A DNA stretch of 64,000 nucleotides from assembly GCA_047495785.1 (NCBI GenBank), contig JBLDXI010000034.1, positions 124,001-188,000 of the forward strand. Direction: 5' to 3'. Below, piece by piece: positions 24,801 through 37,255 of this stretch. The notes beneath the pieces are model-generated. The model made no database searches and was not told where the DNA came from. It saw only the letters and a program-made list of their open reading frames with translations. A program made the translations under genes and the position numbers. The first letter of the stretch is position 1, and every line of letters begins with the position of its first letter. The stretch is from Lepidodermella squamata (taxonomy: Eukaryota; Animalia; Gastrotricha).

Positions 24801-27800
24801 TTAATATAGCATTCCGAATATCATAGGAACTCCAATCCGACATCAAGAATAATATCGCGTGATAGTATAATATATAAGGCGATCGCAGAAAGCATATCGA
24901 AGCATATTGAAAAGCGAGCGAAGCGAGAAACTTTTGAAGATTTTCCAGTAAAGCACGCTCCAAAACCTCTCAAAATTAACGAAACAGTGGGATAAATGAA
25001 TTGAAATGAAAAATAACGATGAAAAAGAGGGAAAACGTTAAGATTGAGCACGCGATTTCACGTTCATCCAGGAATTTTCCTATCTAAAAAAACTCGAAGG
25101 GGGTCGCGACCTACCGTTTGAGATGCGCTGATTTAATGCATTAATTTTAATATATCGCCTCGGGTTTTGATTTCGATTGTAGTACTAAATTTAAGGCCCA
25201 CCCCGGTATAGAAGCCCATGGGCTTGTGTTTGAGACCGGGCTTATTTTCAGGCAAATACGGTAATTCTCAAGGAAAACTAAGTTAGCTAAGTAAGTTAAC
25301 TAAGTAAGAACAGCTTAGAAACGTTAGCTATGCTTGACGTTCAACGTAAATAAATACTCATCACCCTTGATAAGCAGGAGGCTTTGTTCTTGAAGACGCC
25401 AGTTGAAAATTGCGCGGTTTCATTTGCCAGGCATTTGGTGCTGTTCAATCGGCATGCTATGAACGCGCTAGTTGTGGCATCGAAGCAGCGAATGTGGGGC
25501 TTCACGGAGTCAGCTACCGCGCCTGTATTAAAATTTAGTGTTGTAATAATCCAAGATGAAACATGGTATAGTTTAAAAAAGTGAGGTTAACGCTCCAGGC
25601 GTTCGAAATTCGAAATTTTGCTTATTCTCCCCTAGAAAAGTGACAACGAAAAACGACGAAAAATTTTTGGGGGCCTGGAAATAAGCCAACATTTTACATT
25701 CAATTACTATTTACCATTAATAATTTCTTTCTAGATCCATTCTGCGATACCCCATGGCCCTGGGAACCAATTGAGACTACACTACTACTGTTTTCAAAAT
25801 AATATAATATCAAACTCACTGCCGAAATTTTGAAGACACGCATCCAAGCTGGGGAAGCCTGTTCTTCCTTTCATCTATAGTAACAGAAGCGGTCATAAGG
25901 AGCTCATTAGCAAGGAGAAATTACCGTTGTGTTGGGGCAGGTAAAACCGCTTGGGATGCAGTTGGCGAATTGCTGGGCCGAGTCGACACAGGAATCAAAC
26001 TTCTGTTTCTGTTCATCCGAGATTTAATGTTTAGTTCGCAAAAGCTTAATATTACCTATTTACCTGAAATTGGTTCAAATCCGTTGTACAATTGTACATG
26101 TTAGCTTTCAGCGGAAGGAAGCCGTTGTAAGTGTTGCCGATCTAAGAATTAAAAGTGTTAGGCGTAGCGACGCAATAAAAAGTAAGCAATGAAAGCATTA
26201 GTGATCATAAGCGCGATTTGTTCTACATTTAAGTTTTTATTCAAAAGACCCCGAGTTGGATGAAATTGATTCTTCGAAAAAAGGCACAGCTCGGTTTATT
26301 GAAGAATGTTGAACTCAATTGGGAAGGGTTTTCTCTCGAATCTACGAACTTATCGGTTTTAACTGGGTAGCCGTGGAACTATAACTACCTAAGCAAACAT
26401 TGACACTTTTTAAGGAATGGCAATTACCCAAACAGCTACTTATTGAAATTGCAAAATCTATTTCAACCACAAAAAAACTCGGTGGTTGCGGATTAAAATA
26501 TTGTTGTCTCGAATTTTGCAAATTACTTTTGAATCGTGCATGATATTTTCACGCGGTTTTCAGCAAAAGAGCGAGTTTGATTCTGCTCTGGTTAAATGCA
26601 ATCGGCTCGCTAATGATTATAAAATGGCCGTTGAAAAATTTAAGTTTGAAAATGTATCAAGTATGATTAAATCCAAAAATCTTTCTAGAACTATAACTCT
26701 TGAAAAGGTCCAAGCTTACTTTACCCGCCGTGCTCTTGGGTTCTCCACCTATGATTTAAACAGGCCGAGCTACAAACAGCGTCTAGAAACTCTTCGCATT
26801 AAATCGCTCGAGGAGCGTCGCCTAGCCTATGACTTATGTTACCCTTATAAAATCATTAATGGCTCGGCGAAAACCTCTATAGTGAAAAATATTGTAACCC
26901 TAAATAACAATAATCGCGGTAATAAATATCGTTTCCGTGTTATGAATCCGAATCTAAATTTCAAAAATCCCACTAAGCCCATATACAAAAATTATTTTCT
27001 AAACCGTATTGTAGATGTGTGGAACAGGTTACCAGAACATGTCTTCAATTTTAATGATAGTCTGTCCGTAAATGTTAAAAATGAAATCTTCAAAAATATA
27101 ATTTTTCGCGTGAACTTACAACAGTATTGTAAAGGCAATCTTATTGTGAATGCTGCTCGCAATGCCGATTATTAATTGGGTTATAATGTTAGAGGCCTGC
27201 GTGCCCTTCTAATCCGGTAAATGTGAAATTTACGAAATAAAATTATTATTATTATATTATTGTAATTGTTTAAAATAACCAGACCTCTCTATCTATCATA
27301 GTTTTATTTTGGCATCAAAATTCAAAATCTTGCGACAAAAGACAACCATTTTAAATGTTGAAAAAGTAATTTTTTGCGCAAGGCGCATGCGCGTTTGAAC
27401 TTTAGAGTATACCATTTAGAGTTTAGAGCGACGCACAGGTAAACATGAACATGTTCACAGATAAAATTCGAAATATTCTTGTCATACAATTTGAGAACTG
27501 AGGAAAATGGATACATTATTTTCGAAAATCATAAAAAATTCTCAAAACAATTGAAAAGTACTCCAAGATTCATATTCGAAATATATCAGAATTCATGCTC
27601 AAAAATCCTACTAATTTTCTACCGACACCCTAAAGCATCTACTATGATCAAGTACCATCTTGCATCTTAATTTCCACATTGACTGCTTCATTTCGAGTTG
27701 GATAGTGCGTAAGACATTGTCGAGCTCAAGCAAGCTAACTTCGCGAAATTTTACCCATTCAGTCACTGAAATTCTATAAGTTTGGCCTCGATAAAACTAA

Positions 27801-30144
27801 AAAATTCACAAATTTTATCGAGTTCTCGCTTTAGCTCGTGATTTCGATTTTTGATAAGAAGCCTGCTAGTTTGGTGGTTTGAATCGAGCATAAGGCAACA
27901 CTCTAACAGATAAGAAACTAACGATCTTTCCATAGTGAACTTATTCGAGCTGAATTTGCAAACAGTGCGGCACGCAACCACTTTTCTATGCCACCCAACG
28001 CCAATCAGCCCATTGTAATTTTAATTAATTTCGAAATTAATTAATTTTCAAAATGTTTTGATTTCTGCTCATAAATACTAGAAGCGGCCATCTATCTAAT
28101 GATACCAGGTTCGCCAGTGTTTCCTAACGGATAATATTCTGAAATTCGCAAAAAGGGCTATAATTGGGAATTTCAGGCAAAATTGCAATTTTTCTGCCGC
28201 GGTTAGCTCTTCTGGAAATCGTTTGAAAGATTTGACAAAATCACTTTGCCCATGTTGAGCATTTTCTCTACCTGATATAAACATTTTCTGGTAAATAATT
28301 AATTTCGATTTTCCAATTTTTTCAGAGCTCAATAAATTGTTATTTGCTAGAATATCTCTGAATGAAGCAACGCGATGAGAGAATGCAAAGTCCAAGTTTC
28401 ACGGCCCAAAATAGTCGGGAAAATATTTGCCGGAAATTTTTTATATATTCGGATAGAGAAAATTCTCAAAATGGGTAATGTGATTGTTTAAACAATTCCC
28501 AGAATAGCCAACCGCGGCAGAAGAAGTTCAATTTTGGTGGCCGCGTGCCGCACTCTTTCCAAATTCAGCTCGAATAAATCCAATCAGTGTTGTCTATGGA
28601 AGCAAGTCAAACTAATAGATTATCATGCTCCAAAGCCAATTGAAAGTAGTATATAAATGCACCTCAACCGAACTAACGCTGAAGAAAATCTCAGAATTTT
28701 CTTATTTTTAATAAAAGGAAAGTGTGGAGTTCATACTGCATCCGTCTGGTGTTCAAATTCAAACCCTTCATACTGCTAAAAACACTGCTGCTATTTCAGG
28801 AAATTCTGCCTGTTTCAAGTACTACTTGAGATTGGTTAATTGAGTGATTTAATTATCGGTGTGGCTATTGGCACATAATTATGTGCCTCTTATTGGCTAT
28901 TGGCACATACATTATGTGCCCCTTAATGGCTATTGGCACATAAAATTTTGCATTCAACTGCTTTTTTCGGGAGTTCAATTCCTAGATACCTGCATTTCAA
29001 CTTTGGATTAGCAATCTAGGGGTGGCGAATTCACTGGAATCGTCGGATTTTACGTAGCTGTGCGACAGACCTCAGATACTCTACATTTTTTTTAAACAAT
29101 TTCTAAGCGTACTTGGATAAATTCAAAAGAATGAATGATACCGTTACGAATGATATCTTATAATTAAAGGGTGTTGCTATTGGCACATAATTATGTGCCT
29201 CTTATTGGCTATTGGCACATAAATTATGTGCCCCTTAATGGCTATTGGCACATGACGCTAATTTAAAATTTCGATGTTTTAGAAAATCACGCATCGAATT
29301 GTTCCAAGAGTATTGATACCAGGGTTTTCGTCAACGGGGAATCGAATGGCGATGTCGAAATTGCAGTTAAGGGCCCGCAAATTGGGGTATCCGTCATCTA
29401 ATGGGTAGCCCAAGTAGAGTATCTGAGGTCTGTCGCACAGCTACGTAAAATCCGACGATTCCAGTGAATTCGCCACCCCTAGATTGCTAATCCAAAGTTG
29501 AAATGCAGGTATCTAGGAATTGAACTCCCGAAAAAAGCAGTTGAATGCAAAATTTTATGTGCCAATAGCCATTAAGGGGCACATAATTTATGTGCCAATA
29601 GCCAATAAGAGGCACATAATTATGTGCCAATAGCAACACCCTTTAATTATAAGATATCATTCGTAACGGTATCATTCATTCTTTTGAATTTATCCAAGTA
29701 CGCTTAGAAATTGTTTAAAAAAAATGTTTCAACTTTCAAGTTACCATGATCTCATCCGTTTTCGCACAGCCAGGGCTGCCCGGCCGACATGTCGCTGAGT
29801 TGGTTGTTAATCGGTAGCACAATCTAGCAGTCTATTTAGGATAAAACACAATAGATTCAAGCGTCAGGCTCGCTGAAGTAAACCTACTTACCGCCCGCAA
29901 GCACTTGGATTCGTCCGACAATCTTTCCCCGAGCTGGAGGAATAGCGAAATTTCAGATATTACATGCGCAGATTGATGACACATTTGATACCTGGTATTC
30001 GCTTAATTTATAACAGCCGTTGGGTAACTCGCGGCAACTGGCGAAGCTGTCATCGAATTGCGAAAAGCAACGGGCCCAGTCGCCACACACAACCGCGTCA
30101 ATACCGAGAAATAGGACGATTAAATTCGAATTTAATAGATGCAT
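21900..30144 (-). CDS. Secreted 5x Cys-repeat + double CTLD protein, paralog 4 (13 exons if the gained intron is spliced)
   Basis: ATG 30144; exons about 29992-30144, 29892-29933, 29745-29831, 26064-26141, 25925-26008, 25819-25875, 25364-25523, 24697-24765, 24430-24643, 23159-23263, 22364-22434, 22034-22296, 21900-21975 ending AICERP-TAA. Confidence 0.8.
22515..23100. mobile_element. Foldback MITE with ~240-bp TIRs
   Basis: 22515-22750 is the reverse complement of about 22858-23100 (e.g. cataactcatagccaattcctcaccgttagcgagctattgttgctcaaagtcaa); TA at both ends. Confidence 0.85.
23266..24431 (-). mobile_element. TIR element inserted in the CTLD1 exon, Introner-like
   Basis: Imperfect ~35-bp TIRs (TGGTACGGAAAAAGTTAAGGATGTAAAGTTCTCGAT vs TGCAAGGACAAAAGTTAAGATGTGAAACTCTCGAT), AGA direct repeat on the minus strand; splits an exon that is continuous in all other paralogs. 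Confidence 0.75.
26486..27262 (+). mobile_element. 5'-truncated non-LTR retrotransposon (CR1/L2-like) 3' end
   Basis: LEKVQ..FTRR, SY.QRL..L...SLEERR...DL...YKIING, F.NRIVDVWNRLP: typical post-RT region; followed by AATAAA and an (ATT)n tail. Confidence 0.85.
27938..28580. mobile_element. MITE-like element with terminal inverted arms
   Basis: ttattcgagctgaatttgcaaacagtgcggcacgc (27941) inverted at 28545-28579; internal ggatagagaaaattct shared with the 9359-9637 element. Confidence 0.6.
28863..29727. repeat. Near-perfect complex direct and inverted duplication with palindromic minisatellite
   Basis: ggctattggcacataattatgtgcc triplets at 28863, 29176 and inverted about 29555-29635; 29414-29727 is the reverse complement of sequence in 28863-29253. 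Confidence 0.9.
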
Positions 30145-30779
30145 AATTTGTTCTTCTTAAAATAAAATAATATTAAATATGAGGCTTTTAATATTGTCCT
30201 GGTTCAAGGCGGTTGCTTTTTTTTATTGACGACGCGTGGATAAAATAACAATAGTCGCACGTGTTTCACGATTGAAAACGCCTATTGTGGTCGGACGCAG
30301 ATGGCCGTATTATCGTGTTATTAAAAATATAAAAACATGTTGTTGCTGCTATTTTGCTGGAATCGCGTGACATTACAACGGACTTGGCTCCGCGCATCGG
30401 GCGCGCGTCATTTCACTCCTATTTTGAACCAATTTGTTAAAGACTTACGCTTATACTTAAGATCGGAAATAAGATCGACGCCATGACAAGTATGATTTTC
30501 GAACACAAGCCAACTTTATTTCACTAAAGTCGGCTTTACCTCGCAAACATAAATGTACTACGGCCGATAAAGCCGACCGGCCTCGATTATCGCCCTAAAG
30601 TCGACTTTAACGGCCGATTGTTGTCAAAAATCGAGCGTTTTGACCTCAAAAACCCTTGTTGACCTAATTCTATATGAATAATGGAATAAACAATAAAAGA
30701 AGCTGGTAAAAATAAGTAGGTCGCGACTAATGATGAGCCATTTGAAACTGGCGCCTAGATCGTAAAATATTGCATGAGC

Positions 30780-31676
30780 ACGGGTACTAACGGAAAATAT
30801 TTTTTTTAACATCAAATTTACTTTTTTCAACATCAAATCACTTTTTCTATCATCAAACTCTTTTTTCAACAGCAAAATTCAGAAATTATTATTTGATAGG
30901 GTAGAATATACTTTCATGATGAAGTTGTGGATTTTAAGTGCCTATCACCTCAGGTAATGATAGCGGGGCCCAGACTCGTGCCAGACCAATAAACAAAACT
31001 TCTGAGTAGCACGCCTCAGAAAGGAAGCTATTATCAACAATCAGGGGGTCTGCGCTAATATCGATTATTGGATTTTTTGGCGATTCATAGTGGTTGAAAG
31101 ACATTTTGAATTATAAAGAGACCTTGCAAACGGTGACGACATCACCTATTGTTATTGTCGCTATTGTCGGACAAGCGAAAGTCCGGCTACGAACGATGTC
31201 AGTGCCAGGCAAAGTTGCGTCTCGACGGCGAGACATGGCTGCTAATGGCATCCGGGGCGAAGCAGCGTCACAAGACGGCGTAAAACGTTCCGGCGGCTTG
31301 ACCTTGAAGGGCCCTGACTAATTTCACTCATTTGAATCATTGTCTTCGCAAAAATAAGAATCGTAAAATTATTTAGACAAATTTTAAAAATTCAATAAAT
31401 TTTCGGCCAAAAATCAAATATTTGTCCGTAACTTTGCAAAATTGCAGCTAACTCAATTTTCTATAATTTCTTGAACGGGTTCGACAGCAACAAACTACAT
31501 TGTTTGTCCGAATTTTCTGTTATTTTTCCGGACCGGTCATCATCAAGGGCTTTAATGAGTGTGGATCGCGAAAATTAACATATCGAAATTTGCTGTTGAA
31601 AAAAGAGTTTGATGATAGAAAAAGTAATTTGATGTTGAAAAAAGTAAATTTGATGTTAAAAAAAATGTGACCCGTA
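30780..31676. mobile_element. TIR element with ~20-bp subterminal tandem repeats
   Basis: acgggt...ttttaacatcaaatttacttttttcaacatcaaa (30780-30880) inverted at 31585-31676. Confidence 0.7.
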
Positions 31677-31704
31677 CTAACACTATATTTTTTGAGCGAA
31701 TGCT

Positions 31705-31775
31705 ATATGAGTGAGCCGACTAAGTAGCTGATACTGCCTGGGAGTACGTTGGTTCGATTCCAGCCGGGCCCGTTA
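31705..31775 (+). other. tRNA-derived (SINE head or pseudo-tRNA) B-box sequence
   Basis: GTTGGTTCGATTCCAGC T-arm/B-box followed by a T-run; no convincing cloverleaf. Confidence 0.4.
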
Positions 31776-33624
31776 TTTTTTTGTGCCGAGTTAGCATTGG
31801 CTTTTCAAAACTAATCCACGTCATCTACAAATGACGAATAAAAACTTCAAAAATATGAGACCCTGGTTGGAATCGAACCACTAATGCTAATGCCCTAAAG
31901 AAAGAACTGATTGTGCGCGCGCGAATATTTTGCGTGAAACGGAATGTTTGGCTGAAGGACTGAAGAGATAAATTGCTCTTGTATTCAATTTCTACCTAGA
32001 CCAAAGACAACTTTCGAAAATGACCTGCAATTCTTCTTTCACAGCTTTTTATTGACGCGATCAGATCAGCTTCACAGTGAATTTATCAATCTTGTTTACT
32101 GCCGGTCACAATAAATGCAGTAATAACATCGTCCAGTCGATCTCATCAAATCTAGTGCCTGCCTAACCATGGCTTGCTTCAGCGTTAAAGAGCCTTGCAT
32201 ACCATGGTGTTATTCCGGCCTGGTACGTATCTACCTGTTTTACCATTTTCGGTTTTACAGGCCAATCTATCACCGCGTGACTCTTCTTCCGCCCGAACTT
32301 CTTCGCGCGGAAGCCATGCAACGCAGCGCACTGTGTTACCAACTCGCTGCATTGAGCCTCGCTGATTATTGTTCGTTAAGCACAATTCGCCGCCTTTTCC
32401 GACGGCGAACGCAACAACAGCAAAAACAGCCTGTTAAGAAGCAAAACATCATCAACAAAAGACGCGAAATTGCTACTCGATCTTACCAAAAGAGCGATAA
32501 CCAAAAGAAGCCTTGCCATGATTACTCGAACAATTGAACGGATAATTTCTTTGTCTTAATGAAGTTTGAAACGAAGAGAATGAATTGAGCTTAAGCAAGA
32601 AAATCGAAAAACATTTTTCAACGTCAGTTGCGGCTTCTGATCAAACACTGGGATGTTATTGTGTTTTTCATAATACATCCTTGACAGCTGGAATGTCATT
32701 ATTAATCGATTTCTACGATGCACTGACATTATTCATCGATGCACTGACGGTAGCAGAAACATTTCTCTTTGTTATCAGCTTTGTTTTGGGTAAGGTTTAT
32801 CGCTTGCCATTTTACCAATCCGTAAAATTCTTTCACTAGCTGACACCTTTTGGCTTTTGGATTTAGGACTCTCGCCTGTTTCTTCGAGCCATGTTGTGCG
32901 ATGAGCGGGTGGGATCCGATTACATCCTGATGGTTTAGCCGCTTGGAAACTCGCTTAAAATGATCGACTTCTTTCCTAATAGTTGACAAAAGCGCAGAAT
33001 GCGAGTTCCATTAAAAACGAAAGCTTGCCGAGTAGCTGCTGTAAACGTGATAAGGAAACTTACTAACTATAACTAACGAATTCTCGTCTAGCGTCGATCA
33101 ACGTGACCATTTTGAGTGTTGATTTATTGTTCGACTGAGTTCGATTTGAGTTTCAAGAAGCATCTACGACAACAGCCGCTCGAAGTAAACAAGTTTGCGA
33201 CGGGCATTAAACTTAGCGTGATCATATTTATCTAACTGGCGGTAAGTTTCCCGGAGCTTGAGTTTTCTCTGATCCGCGATGTTCCTTTTCTCCATTCACC
33301 TGTTTTCACGAATGCCCAGCTACCGATGTAGCACCATCCGGGGTTCGTTCTAGCCAACAGTTATTCTGCGATACTTATACTCTTCATTAATAAAGATTTT
33401 ATTTCTATTATCCAAAAATTCTTGCAACCACTTGCGTGCGCTTGCATCAAAGACAAGCTAAATTAAATTAGTCGCACATTCAATTCGAAGTCAAAAAGAA
33501 AAGAAGCCTTCAGAAATGTCAACACCAGAGTTCCGCTTGAAATGAAAGTCATCATCAAAATACTTCACAGATTATAGAATTATTCTAACCAGGAGAATAG
33601 TCGAAAACCAGGCAGCATTTGTGC

Positions 33625-36512
33625 TTAAAGCCGTTCGCATACGGCGGGTGTATATGTTTCGCAAGTTGCCAACTGGAGTTCGTTTTCTCTCGCATACATA
33701 CCTGGATTAGAAAACGTGGAGTTACAGATGGCGCCGAATTGCCCAACCCCCCCCACCCTCCTTACAGTGCTGCGAGGCTTGTGCAGGCTGTGGAATGCCG
33801 AGAAACGTGGCATTGGCCGGCTCGCCTGTAATCCACGAGTAAGTTGTTGGATCCGTTCGTCTCGCTGCGACGAAAGGCCAGTCGACGGATGTGGCGAGCG
33901 CTTTCGCGGCGTCGAGCATCGCCATATCCTTGATAATCGCCAGCGGTTTGTTGATGCTATTGCAGGCGTTAACCGCATCATCCCGCGTGCCTTTTGCCGC
34001 AGTGAGCACCAAGTTTGTTGTACTCTGAAACCAAAAGTTGCATCACAATCATCAAAAGTTATTCCCTCTACTTACATTTCCGCAAATGCCATAGAAAGGG
34101 CCTGCGCATACTCCGTCTATAAGGCCAAGAGGCGACACGCGCATACCTAATCAGCAATTTTTATAAAATCAGTAAAAATATTACATCAGAACCATGTAAT
34201 GGTAGAAAAATCGCTGTTTCTAAGGATTTTCAAAACCTTACATCCATCCCCTACTGATGGTGCGTTAGACGCCCATAATGACGAATCGGCTGGAATAGGA
34301 GTGCCATCGTCCCATTTGAAATCAGCCATAATGCCCACGAATGCAAAAACTATTGAGCCTGCCAGCTGTAAGACAGCAGCCTTGTCCTCCGGCGTATGGA
34401 TTGTTGCCAGGCGCCCACCCGCATCCTTACAAGCGACTCGTTGGCGATAAAATGGCCTGTAATCCATCAAAAGGAAGTATTTCGGGGGCTTCGACACTTC
34501 AGCCAAACAGCTTGCGTAGTTATCAGCAAACAACGTCGTGTTTGAGTATATTTTCACCTAAAAATTCAGTAACAGCAAAGTGACTCTACTATCGGCTATT
34601 TACCTGGGTGGAACCAGCCGGGCAGATGTTGTAACACTTCTTTCCATTTGGCGTATCGCACTGAACAGCATTCTAGAGAAAAATCACATAGTTTAAAAAG
34701 TAAAATGTCATAGTTCAATTGAGCTAAGAGTGAGTATATCGCATACATGGGAAATGCGTTTGCTGAAAAGATAATTTGGAAACCTTAAGCCTTAACAAGT
34801 TAGCTAGAAGTGCCATAGGAGAGTCTTACAAGTTCTACTACCAACTTCGATTGGAAACATGACTAACGTCCACCAAAATTCAATTGATTTCGAATCAACC
34901 AGAATAAGAAATTGTAACTCAGACGAAGATCAGACCTAAGATCAGAGAATCCGAAATAAAATGAAAAAACTGTAGAAATAACATTTTTGAATCTTTAAGT
35001 CCGAAGTAAAATTCTTGAAACCGTTTAGCGTTTGATAAGTTACAACCAATATACTCACCCATGATAAGCAAGTGGCTTTGTTTCTGTAGACGCCAGATGA
35101 GAATTGCGCGGTTTCATTTGCCAGGCATTTGGTGCTGTTAAGTCGGCATGCGTTGAACACGTTAGTAGTTGCATCGAAGCAGCGAATGTGGGGCTTCACG
35201 GAATCGGCTACCCCGCCTGAATACAAAATTAATCATCCAAAATGAATTCTGATGATTTTTTGGAAAAATAAGATGACCATCACGGAGTTTCACCGTAAAA
35301 GTGTTGGTTACGGCCTAAAATTGTCTCGATAAAGCATAATCGCAAAAAATTTGCAGATAAAAACATTATTAAACTAGTTTAGATCTCTAAAACGAAAATC
35401 AAACACCATTAGGTTCAGACAGATCCATTATTTACGTAATATCAAACTTACTGCCGAATGTTTGAAGACAGGCATCCAAGCTGGCGAAGCCCGTATTTCC
35501 TTTAGCCTGCAGAGTAGTAAGGCTAAGAAGGGAAATTTGCCAAAGAAGATAAATCACCGTTGTGTTGGGGCAGGAAAAAGTGCTCGGAATGCAGGTGACG
35601 AATTGCTGAGCCGAATCGACACATGAGTCAAATTTCTGTTTCTGTTCAATCCAAGATGTGATGTTTAGGTCTCAAAACAGGTTTATTACCAGAAGTTCGT
35701 TCAAATCCGTGGTGCAATTGTACATGTTGGTTCTCAGTGGGAAGAAGCCGTTGTAGGAGCTGCCGATCTGGAATATAAAGTTTAAAGCTTAGCAGTGGAA
35801 TGGTACCAATAAAATCATTAATCTTTTAATTTGTGTCCAAAAGTTGGCAGAATTCAAATCGCCTCTTCGCGAAATGTCAAAGACTGTTTTTTGTTTATTT
35901 TTGAAAATCAACTTTTGGAAGATCATGCGATTTGCGTGTGAAAATAAATTGAACACAATTCCTTTCACAAAAAATTAAAAAAAATTCTCACCGAATTACT
36001 TTATTCATTTTGTGTTCTAAAATCGAATTATAACTGAATTCCAGTTAAATTTATAAACATCGGTGACTAAATTCTTAATAATTTTGGAATTTTTACAAAA
36101 ATATGGATTCGTACTGACCATAATCTCGTCTGATTTTGCACAGCCAGGGCTGCCCGGTCGACATGTCGCCGCATTTGTCGTCAGCCGATAGCACAATCTA
36201 GCAGTCTGTATAGACGTATCACTATGAAGGTAAGTCGGCAATTTCTCTAAATAATACAACTCACTGCCCTCGTGCAGCTTGATTGATCCGACAAACTTCC
36301 ACCGAGCTGAAATGAAATTTTTTTGAAACTACGGCGCAATAGTTTCGAATAATTAATACCTGGTATCCGCTTAATTTATTACAGCCGTTGGGCAATGCGC
36401 GGCAACTAGTGAATGTGTCGTCGAATTGCGAGAAGCAACGAGCCCACTTGCCACACACAACCGCATCAATGGCGAAGAAGAACGCGATAAATAGCGTTGA
36501 AATTGGCTGCAT
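33625..36512 (-). CDS. Secreted 5x Cys-repeat + double CTLD protein, paralog 5
   Basis: ATG 36512 MQPISTLFIAFFFAIDAVVC-GKWARCFSQFDD; same 12-exon series; CTLD1 about 34241-34557, CTLD2 about 33766-34024; ends AVCERL-TAA. Confidence 0.88.
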
Positions 36513-37255
36513 TCTTTTCAAGTAATAATAATAATAATAATAATTAAATCATCGATTTAAAATAAAAGTGAACTCAACGGCTTTATTGAAATAACAACTT
36601 TTTGCGTTTTAAAAACAATCGCGTGATTGTCCTTTCGAGCGCGTGGTGCTATTTCCATCGTAAATAGCAATAGCAGACAGGGCTTTTGTCATCTAACCAT
36701 AATTTTGTCCTGAAATTACCACTTAAAATCATGTCTAAATCAGAGATGAAAAAGATGTTAAACCCAGGATAGATAAAAAAGATCAACTCGCAAGCCGAAT
36801 ATAAACTATCCACGAGTAAAGCCGAGGCATTCTTATCGTTGTCGAAGCCATCTAATTTCAGACAATTCAACACGAAACATAGAAATGGCACGGTTTTGCT
36901 CGAAATGACATGATAGCTGGATGTTTACGAATTTGAACTTGCAATGTGCAAGGGTGGCCAAGTCAACGCCGGCTAATTCATCCATGGCAGCCTAATTGTT
37001 GAATTTACAGAAACATTCTTGAAGTTTAGAATTTAAAAAAACATTCTTCAAAATTTAGGCGGACAACTCTCACAGTGCTTTCTGTGAAGCTATTAAGATT
37101 AATTCATCTTCATGCCAAATGAAGCCATTTTTATTCAAGATTGTTCATTTAACACAAGATAGCATGCATTTATATCTTAACGCTTAACGTTATTCGATGT
37201 TGTTCCATAATGATGTTATCATAACTGGCGCAGCTTTCAGTGATCTCGATTAGTC

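Noticed and set aside
28863-29253. Palindromic repeats as a CRISPR array
   Set aside because: No unique spacers, no cas genes, eukaryotic intron context.
31705-31775. Functional tRNA gene
   Set aside because: Only the T-arm is recognisable; acceptor and D stems do not pair convincingly.
32100-33430. Possible solo LTR or small gene
   Set aside because: A poly(A) signal is present but no TSD, second LTR or recognisable protein could be established.
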